NCBI GenBank assembly: GCA_963816115.1 | Contig: CAWFIZ010000008.1 | Location: 189,605 to 253,604, forward strand | Direction of reading: 5' to 3' | DNA length: 64,000 nucleotides | Source: an uncultured delta proteobacterium | GTDB lineage: Bacteria > Desulfobacterota > Syntrophorhabdia > Syntrophorhabdales > Syntrophorhabdaceae | Shown here: one piece after another, positions 57,532-64,000 of the stretch | Position numbering within the stretch: position 1 is the first letter of the stretch | Layout of the letters: the number at the start of each line of letters is the position of its first letter | The notes under the pieces: model-generated | What the model saw: only the letters and a program-made list of their open reading frames with translations | Told to the model about the DNA's origin: nothing | Databases searched by the model: none | Translations under genes and position numbers: made by a program

Positions 57532-57846
57532 TTATTTCACGATCAGATTATTCCTTACGGACCTGACCCCTCCTACGCCCTTTGCTATTTGGACCGCCTT
57601 GTTGACGGCAGCCTGAGAATCAACGAAGCCGCTCAGCTGGACGACGCCCTTGCGGGTTTCAACGCTGATCTGGAATGACTTGAGAAAATCATCCGCCGCA
57701 ATCAACGATTTTACCTTCGTCGTGATGACCGAGTCGTCTACGAATTCTCCCGTACTTTCCTGTTTTGGTGAAGACGCGCAGGCCGCAAAGGTGGCGATCA
57801 GCATAAGCACCACCAAATAACCGATAAAGACATTTCTTTTTTTCAT
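57532..57846 (-). CDS. BON-domain lipoprotein (OsmY-like)
   Basis: GGAGG ribosome-binding site. Lipobox FAAC. BON-domain pattern ...VETRKGVVQLSGFVDSQAAVNKAVQIAKGVGGVRSVRNNLIV. Confidence 0.8.
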   Translation of the reverse strand: MKKRNVFIGYLVVLMLIATFAACASSPKQESTGEFVDDSVITTKVKSLIAADDFLKSFQISVETRKGVVQLSGFVDSQAAVNKAVQIAKGVGGVRSVRNNLIVK

Positions 57847-58003
57847 AGCGGGTATCCTCCTAATGTATCGTCTATCTCCTCTTCTAAACACTGTTGCTTA
57901 AAAAATTCCTGCAACATAGCGCCGCGGGGAGGGGTATTGGTATCATGTCCATTATCCCCGGCTTTGCGAGCGGCAGGTATGACATTCAAAATTACTTTGC
58001 ATG

Positions 58004-58276
58004 TCATACCCAAATAACACGGCTGAGGCTGCCGAACTCATTTGTCCACCCTTCTACAAAGCCTTCATCATCGTGCCACACACCGTCAACAATAAAGCGG
58101 TATTCATATACCCCGGGCTCCAGGTAGACGGCCTTTTCCCACATACCATTTCCTTCGCCGGTTTTGACCCGATCGAGCGGATGGGAGCTTGTGTTCCAGT
58201 CATTAAAATTCCCGGCAAGATGCACGCTCTTCGCGTCCGGTGAATGGAACTTGAATGTGATGCGTTTTTTTTTCAT
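58004..58276 (-). CDS. Small glycogen-binding (CBM48/AMPK beta-like) domain protein
   Basis: 90 aa. FKFHSPDAKSVHLAGNFNDWN...LEPGVYEYRFIVDGVW. Confidence 0.75.
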   Translation of the reverse strand: MKKKRITFKFHSPDAKSVHLAGNFNDWNTSSHPLDRVKTGEGNGMWEKAVYLEPGVYEYRFIVDGVWHDDEGFVEGWTNEFGSLSRVIWV

Positions 58277-58474
58277 TGTTCAGTCTTATCTGTGAAAATC
58301 CTTATCATGATTGCCTCATCTGCTCAAAGGGATCGCTCTTATTTACGATACAACAGGCATTTTTTCTTGTCTGTCGCAGAACCGACAATTATTTTGTAGT
58401 GCTTTTAGCGTACGAGCGTGTCATCTTTTTTGCTACGGGGATCAGGACCGGAAATGTGGTCGCTGGAAAAGCTC

Positions 58475-59110
58475 TTATTGTTCCGTCAGGTTATGTGCTA
58501 TGGCGTAATGGATCAATTCGTTGGTTCTCTTCACACTGATCTTTTCTAAAATGCGGGCCCGGAAGGTCCTTATGGTGTTTGGGCTCAGATGGAGTTCTCC
58601 GGCGATCTCCTTCACTGACTTTCCCTTACCGATCATGCGCAGCACTTGAAGTTCGCGATCGGAAAGGTTTTCGTGGGGAGGTTTTTCCGTATCCGATTCG
58701 AGATCGAACATCACTTTTTCGACAAATGCGGGGCTTATGTACCTCTTGCCGGACAGAATTTGCCGCACTGCCAGCACCAGTTCATCCGATGCGCTCCGCT
58801 TGGTGATATAGCCATGTGCTCCGGCCTTGATCGCACGGACAGCATATTGCTCTTCAGGATACATGCTTATGATAAGAACGGGAAGTTTGGGTTTTTTCTT
58901 CTTGATCTCCTTAAGGGCTTCCAGGCCATTTATGTCAGGAAGCGAAATATCAAGAAGGACCAAATCATAATGATTGTTCTGAACATTGCGTATGAGTTCA
59001 TAACCTGTGGAGGTTAAGTCGATCGTCGCGTTTTCGAAGCTTTCTTCAATGATCTCTTTCAGGCCTTTGAGTACGACCGGGTGGTCATCGGCAACGACAA
59101 TACGAAACAT
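58475..59110 (-). CDS. NarL/FixJ-family response regulator (REC + LuxR HTH)
   Basis: VVADDHPVV...DLVLLDISLPD. C-terminal LSDRELQVLRMIGKGKSVKEIAGELHLSPNTIRTFRARILEK. Confidence 0.9.
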   Translation of the reverse strand: MFRIVVADDHPVVLKGLKEIIEESFENATIDLTSTGYELIRNVQNNHYDLVLLDISLPDINGLEALKEIKKKKPKLPVLIISMYPEEQYAVRAIKAGAHGYITKRSASDELVLAVRQILSGKRYISPAFVEKVMFDLESDTEKPPHENLSDRELQVLRMIGKGKSVKEIAGELHLSPNTIRTFRARILEKISVKRTNELIHYAIAHNLTEQ

Positions 59111-60514
59111 TTATCCTCCCTTTTCCGGCTGTTTGTTTCGGCCATATCGTGCTGTCTCCCGATCCTTTATTGTGTCTTTATTGAGTGGAACACTAAAGGT
59201 AATGCTTGTCCCTTTTCCCGGAATGCCGATAACCGTCAAAGATCCCTCCACGGCGTATGCCCGTTCACGCATGCCCGTCAATCCGATAGACTTGGGGTCT
59301 ATAATCTCCTTTTTTTTAATACCCCTCCCGTCATCTCTCACTTCCAGGGTTATCCTGTCTCTATTTTTCTGCAGGGACACCTCAACTCTTTGCGCCAGTG
59401 CATGGCGTGTAATGTTTGTAAGCGCTTCCTGGAATATACGAAAGACCTCTGTAGATACTTCCTTGCTCACTTTCATATTGCGTGGCCTGGCTGAAAACTC
59501 GCATACAATGGTTGTCCTTCTTTCAAAATCTTTTGCTGCAGCATTCATTGCCTCGGTTAAACCAAAATCGTCAAGGGCGGGCGGCCTCAAAGTGGTAGAG
59601 ATCCTTTGCACGTCAAGAATGGCATTGTCAACATGTGTCAGCAACGAGTCCACTCGTTCAAAGATCAATGTATTATCTTTCGGCAATCTCTTTGCTATCC
59701 ATGACAGGTCCATTTTTATCCCCGTCAATACCTGTCCTAATTCGTCGTGGAGCTCCCGTGAGAGCAACGACCTCTCCTGCTCTCTGATCTTCTGCAAATG
59801 GGCGGTGAGAAAACGCAATCGTTCCTGTGAGTTCCGCAATTTTTCTTCACTGATCCTACGTTCAGCGATCTCCTGATTGAGCAGCCTGTTCGATTTGGAC
59901 AACTGGTCCGTCCGTTTCCTTACACGTATCTCCAGTTCCTCGCGCACCTTCCGGAGTTCTGTCTCGATCAATTTTCTGTCGGTAATGTCGCGGATATTGC
60001 ACTGGATAACGTTATGATGGTTAACCTGATAGACATTACTGACAAATTCCACGGCAATCTCCCGGCCGTCCTTTGTGTTGAGGGGGATGTCTTCGTAACG
60101 TACGTACCCCTTGCGCTGCAGTTTCCTGAACGCCGCCCTGCTTATCTGGATGTCATTAAAGGCACCTATCTCCCAGAGTTTCTTTCCCATGAGCTCTCCA
60201 TGGGTATATCCCAGCATATCTATCAGGAAGGGGTTTACGTCGGTTATCTCCCCCGTGCCTGCATCCAGTATCAAGATCCCGTCCTGGGCTGTTTCGAATA
60301 GCCTCCGGTAGCGCGTCTCAGAAACCTTCAATGCTGTTTCTGCCTGCTTGCGCTCAAGTTCCGCCTTTTCCAACTCGGCAACACGCTGCCGCATCATTGT
60401 CAGTTCATTCATGGGTTGTTCTTTCTTCCTGTCCCGGTCTTTCATGGCCATCTCCAAAGACCAAGAAATAATTGCGTGCATGGTGAGGAAAGACCAGTCA
60501 AATCGTTTCCGCAC
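59111..60514 (-). CDS. PAS-domain sensor histidine kinase (HisKA_3/NarX-type)
   Basis: PAS domain. H-box SRELHDELGQVLTGIK. HATPase domain. Its stop abuts the response regulator start. The start codon is uncertain. Confidence 0.85.
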   Translation of the reverse strand: MRKRFDWSFLTMHAIISWSLEMAMKDRDRKKEQPMNELTMMRQRVAELEKAELERKQAETALKVSETRYRRLFETAQDGILILDAGTGEITDVNPFLIDMLGYTHGELMGKKLWEIGAFNDIQISRAAFRKLQRKGYVRYEDIPLNTKDGREIAVEFVSNVYQVNHHNVIQCNIRDITDRKLIETELRKVREELEIRVRKRTDQLSKSNRLLNQEIAERRISEEKLRNSQERLRFLTAHLQKIREQERSLLSRELHDELGQVLTGIKMDLSWIAKRLPKDNTLIFERVDSLLTHVDNAILDVQRISTTLRPPALDDFGLTEAMNAAAKDFERRTTIVCEFSARPRNMKVSKEVSTEVFRIFQEALTNITRHALAQRVEVSLQKNRDRITLEVRDDGRGIKKKEIIDPKSIGLTGMRERAYAVEGSLTVIGIPGKGTSITFSVPLNKDTIKDRETARYGRNKQPEKGG

Positions 60515-61098
60515 CTTATTTAGTCATTATAAATGGGGAACCGTTTGGTGTCAACCCTTTGCAAAGACCTCGTTATTCTTCGACGATCCTTGTTCCGGGA
60601 GGGGAGTTGCTTTATATCCCCGGGGGAAGATCGACAAAGCCGAAAGAGGGGTCGAGGCAGACAAGTCGGAAAGTGATGCGAGTGCGTACAGAAATTAGGC
60701 AGGTGATGGGTGGTAGGCAAAAGTAAAAATCACTGATCATGCCCCTGTATCTATGACTTTTCTTACCACTTCATCAAATTCCTGAAAACGAAAAGGCTTC
60801 TTCGGGGCTCCACGGAAACCGTATTTTCTATAACCGGTCCATCCATATAACCCGAGGCAATGACGGCCCCGACGGACGGACCTTTCATTTGGTCTTCTCG
60901 TTGTCCTGCGGTAATTTATAGTTGCTATAAATGACCTGATCACAGCACACCGCAATATATCTGTAACCGAAGGGGATGATCCTCACTTCTTTGCCGCAGT
61001 GAGGACATTTTATTGTAGCCATTGAGATATGTTACCATGAAACAAAGAAGGGTACGGTGTTGATTTATTACGGTTATAATATGGGTACATTTACCATA

Positions 61099-62598
61099 TT
61101 ATTTAAGTGAGAGGAGATAGGAACGGAGGTTGGCCTTCTTATTGTTCAGGCCGAGCTTGATCCGTATGTTGTTCCTGTGTGAATCGACGGCGCTTGGTGC
61201 CACGCTCATCAACTCTGCTATCTCCTTGGTTGTCCTGCCCTCTTTTATGAGTGATGATACCTCGATCTCCTTGGGGGTGAAGTTGAGCTGTCGTACCGTG
61301 TTCAGGAAGGGCGATATTATCTCTCTGAGGTTCGTTTCGGCGATATCGAGATAGGCCCTGTGCTTGGGGTCCAGCCATTGGCCTTTTTTTATTATCTGGA
61401 TGTAGGGCAGGACCATCTCCCTGACATTGGACACGAACTTGCCTTCAAGCTCTTGCCTGTCCTCCTCCCTCTGTTTCAGCAACACCCTGAGGGCGGCGTT
61501 GACCTCCTCAAGGGCCTTTGATTTGACTGATAATTCCTTCTCCTTCTCCTTTCTCCTGGCAATCTCCTGCCGGATCTGCCCGGTACGCTCCGCCACCAGT
61601 TCGCCGAGGTGGTCGCGGTGCGCTTTCAGCTCTTCCTCCATACGTTTGCGGTCGGTGATGTCGGTGACTATTCCTTCGATCGCGACGGGTGAACCGCTTT
61701 CATCGCGGATCAACACGTTTCTCTGGTATAACCATCTTTCCCCGCCGTTGCGGTGTATGATCTTATATTCGTAGAAGGGCGGCATCTCACCCCGCAGGAG
61801 ATCTTTCCATTGCCGGTCAAGATATTCAGCAAAATCCGGGTGAATCGCTTTTTTTATGTCAATGGTGCCGTTATAGTGTTCTTCGGGTGTGAAGCCGGTC
61901 ATATCATATGAGGCCGGGCTTACATATTCATATTTGCCGTCAGGCAAGGACATGCGGTATATAAGGTCCGGTGCATTTTCCGCCAGTCGCCGGAGTCTGT
62001 TTTCGCTCTCCCGCAGCGCCTCCTCGGCCTGTTTGCCTTCGGTAATATCCCTGGAGATCTCAAGCACTGTGACGGGTTTATTATCTTTGTCCCTTGAGGC
62101 CACATTTGCCGTACAGTGGAAGTAAATTATTTTTCCTTCCTTATCGACAACTTCCGTATCGTGTTCATGTATCCCTCCATCCTCAAATGCTTTGAGGACA
62201 ATACAGGGATTGGGTTCGCAAGGCTCTTTTCGTCTATGATAGACCTCGTAACATTTTCTGCCAATAATATCGTTTCCGAACATTCCTGTAGCAACCACAT
62301 TGGCCCAGACAATGTTAAGTTCTCTATCGATCACACTTATATGGTCAGGGATCGATCGCAGCATGGCGTTGAGTTTGCCCTCGCTCTCCCGAGGTGCTTC
62401 TTCCGGCTGCTTGTGCTCTTTTTCCGATCGTTCCAGATCTTTGATCTTCTGCTTTGATAAGGAATTTTTTTTGATCGGTTCAGGTTTTCCCCTGGAAGGA
62501 TCTTTCATCCGGTCTCCTACAATGATAAACAGCGCCGGGAAAAGGGCAAGCTTGCAAAGCGATATTTCAGTTGGCACCTGTTGCTTATTACCACTCAT
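61099..62598 (-). CDS. PAS-PAS-LuxR-type HTH transcriptional regulator
   Basis: Two PAS domains and a coiled-coil. C-terminal TPKEIEVSSLIKEGRTTKEIAELMSVAPSAVDSHRNNIRIKLG. The start codon is uncertain. Confidence 0.8.
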   Translation of the reverse strand: MSGNKQQVPTEISLCKLALFPALFIIVGDRMKDPSRGKPEPIKKNSLSKQKIKDLERSEKEHKQPEEAPRESEGKLNAMLRSIPDHISVIDRELNIVWANVVATGMFGNDIIGRKCYEVYHRRKEPCEPNPCIVLKAFEDGGIHEHDTEVVDKEGKIIYFHCTANVASRDKDNKPVTVLEISRDITEGKQAEEALRESENRLRRLAENAPDLIYRMSLPDGKYEYVSPASYDMTGFTPEEHYNGTIDIKKAIHPDFAEYLDRQWKDLLRGEMPPFYEYKIIHRNGGERWLYQRNVLIRDESGSPVAIEGIVTDITDRKRMEEELKAHRDHLGELVAERTGQIRQEIARRKEKEKELSVKSKALEEVNAALRVLLKQREEDRQELEGKFVSNVREMVLPYIQIIKKGQWLDPKHRAYLDIAETNLREIISPFLNTVRQLNFTPKEIEVSSLIKEGRTTKEIAELMSVAPSAVDSHRNNIRIKLGLNNKKANLRSYLLSLK

Positions 62599-62904
62599 TG
62601 TCCTTTAGTTTTGGTCAATTTACAAGCAAGAAAAACCATTGCACGCGCCCTGCCGGGCAGATTACATCATGCCTGAAATAGTAGTGAATATTTTTTCAAC
62701 TCCTGTTGTATAATATTGACTGCATACCAATTGACATGGGGAAATAAAAAATGACCCTTTTTGATCGACACGAATTCCCCGGATACACCCCAATGGGCCC
62801 GCCGGCCCTTAAACACTGCGGCCTGTTCATAAAAGACCGCACACGTGTCCCGATACGCGCGGTATAGCGGCCGGCGGCAAGGTTACGATAAAAGGAGTAT
62901 AACG

Positions 62905-63604
62905 ATGACTTCCGCAACCCTCAAGCTGCTCGCCTGCGGGCTCATGGTCGTGGACCACCTCGGGTCCATTTTCTTTCCGGGCGAACCCCTCCTGCGAGCC
63001 ATCGGCAGGCTGGCCTATCCCATGTTCGCGTACCTCATCGCTGAAGGGTACGGCCATTCAAAGGACAAGACCTCCTACCTGGGACGCCTCTTCCTCTTTT
63101 CCCTCGTCTCACAGCCGTTCTACATGTTCGCCTTCCAGTATCCCGTCGTACACTTTCAACGTCTTTTTCACCCTGGCGGCCGGTCTTTACGCCATCTACG
63201 CGTACGAAAAGAAAAAGAGCTTCCTGCCCGTTCTCCTGGCCGGCCTCTCAACCGAGTTCGTGAAGGCATCCTACGGCATGCCGGGTGTTCTCATGATATT
63301 CGCCATGCATTATTTTATGGGGAACCACAAAAAGATGTTCCTCTGGGTCTTCATCACCGCGGTGCTGTGCACGCTGCGCGGGATCGTCTGGCGCTACTTC
63401 GATGACCCGAACTTTATACCCACCCTCGCCTGGATCCTGCCGCACGCCCGGGTGTCCCTCATGGAACCCCTGGCGGCGCTGTCAGTCCCCATCATCTCCA
63501 TGTACAACGGAAAACTGGGGCCCAAAATGAAATATTTCTTCTATGCCTTCTACCCGGGACACCTGGCAATTCTGGGCACGATACGGTGGCTCATATCAAG
63601 ATAA
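62905..63604 (+). pseudogene. TraX-family membrane protein, disrupted by one frameshift near 63140-63165
   Basis: AAGGAG ribosome-binding site. N-terminal MTSATLKLLACGLMVVDHLG...RLAYPMFAYLIAEGY is in one frame. FNVFFTLAAGLYAIY...YAFYPGHLAILG is in the frame of ORF 63260-63604. Confidence 0.7.
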
Positions 63605-63621
63605 AAACGGCTCGAAGGGCT

Positions 63622-63966
63622 CTACTTTTCTTTTGTTGTTATCGTAATTTCACCCGGCTCATTACACTGGTCTGCCATAAGTACCGCACGAAGGGCAAGC
63701 GGCGAGAGCCCCTCCACCACTTCGTCGTCGGTATTCAACCCGCAGGCCCCGCCCAAGGCCACCACCTGACGGTGAACCCTGTTGTCATCACTGTCCACAT
63801 AGAGAATACCTTCCTTGCCTGCGATGCCGATGCTGCTGCCATGCATATGCGAGGTGCGGGCAAGCAGAAATTCCCTTCCGTCTTCCATGACCATGTATGT
63901 ATTCACGGTTCCTGATGCATTGCCTGTCAATACACTCGAATCTGTTCTTTTGATCTTTATCTCCAT
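63622..63966 (-). CDS. Hypothetical protein (114 aa)
   Basis: An open frame with plausible composition. No family recognised. Confidence 0.4.
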   Translation of the reverse strand: MEIKIKRTDSSVLTGNASGTVNTYMVMEDGREFLLARTSHMHGSSIGIAGKEGILYVDSDDNRVHRQVVALGGACGLNTDDEVVEGLSPLALRAVLMADQCNEPGEITITTKEK

Positions 63967-64000
63967 TTCAAATATCCTCGAACATTAACCCGGTTTTCTC

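Noticed and set aside
56455-57678. A 407-aa plus-strand ORF
   Set aside because: It runs antisense across the B12-rSAM gene 5' end, an intergenic region, pal and the BON gene. Those minus-strand genes have strong motifs and lipoboxes.
60737-61022. A small minus-strand ORF beginning MATIKCPHCGKEV... (start near 61022), and the track ORF 60737-60955
   Set aside because: I could not establish one consistent frame linking the Cys-containing start to a plausible C-terminus. My base-by-base reading and the track coordinates also disagree by 1 nt in this stretch. The 72-aa track ORF is Arg-rich and featureless. I left it unannotated.

Overview
A 64-kb chromosomal window with about 65 genes and no rRNA, tRNA, CRISPR array, transposase or phage genes that I could recognise. 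By inference from gene content, it comes from an anaerobic, probably deltaproteobacterial (Desulfobacterota or Syntrophia-like) genome. The supporting content is a multiheme cytochrome, an ATP-dependent benzoyl-CoA-reductase-like operon, sigma-54 promoters, a type III glutamine synthetase and likely selenocysteine use.

Recognisable genes in order:
- trkH and trkA.
- An 11-heme c-type cytochrome followed by a periplasmic rhodanese.
- A secreted protein with a Kunitz/BPTI domain.
- A 4.4-kb block of decayed genes: methyltransferase, ZnuB/ZnuC/ZnuA-like metal ABC transporter and TonB-dependent receptor.
- A four-gene BcrCBAD/BzdNOPQ-like reductase operon, preceded by two tandem sigma-54-driven small paralogs.
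- Geranylgeranyl reductase-like enzyme, DEAD-box helicase, fbp, type III glutamine synthetase.
- A radical SAM 'selenodomain' cluster with fused transferases.
- Acetoacetate decarboxylase-like protein, gamma-carbonic anhydrase-like protein, a degenerate resolvase-like protein, recQ, an MFS transporter, a DUF294 nucleotidyltransferase.
- LytS/LytTR and NarL-type two-component systems, pal, and a B12-binding radical SAM enzyme.

Most notable observations:
1. Two in-frame UGA codons look like selenocysteine recoding. One joins the signal-peptide and first-heme ORF to the 10-heme ORF of the cytochrome. The other lies in the C-terminal Cys-rich tail of the radical SAM protein.
2. A tandemly duplicated module (upstream activator sequence, IHF-like site, sigma-54 promoter, 105-aa internally repeated FGCMP protein) sits immediately upstream of the reductase operon.
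3. The rSAM/selenodomain cluster has its two partner transferases fused into one ORF.
4. A resolvase-fold protein appears to lack the catalytic Arg/Ser residues and carries a duplicated zinc-knuckle tail.
5. There is an unusual number of disrupted genes, including one contiguous block in which every gene is multiply frameshifted.
6. Two families of long palindromic intergenic repeats are present.

All functional calls rest on reading the translations and recalling family motifs. No database search was possible.
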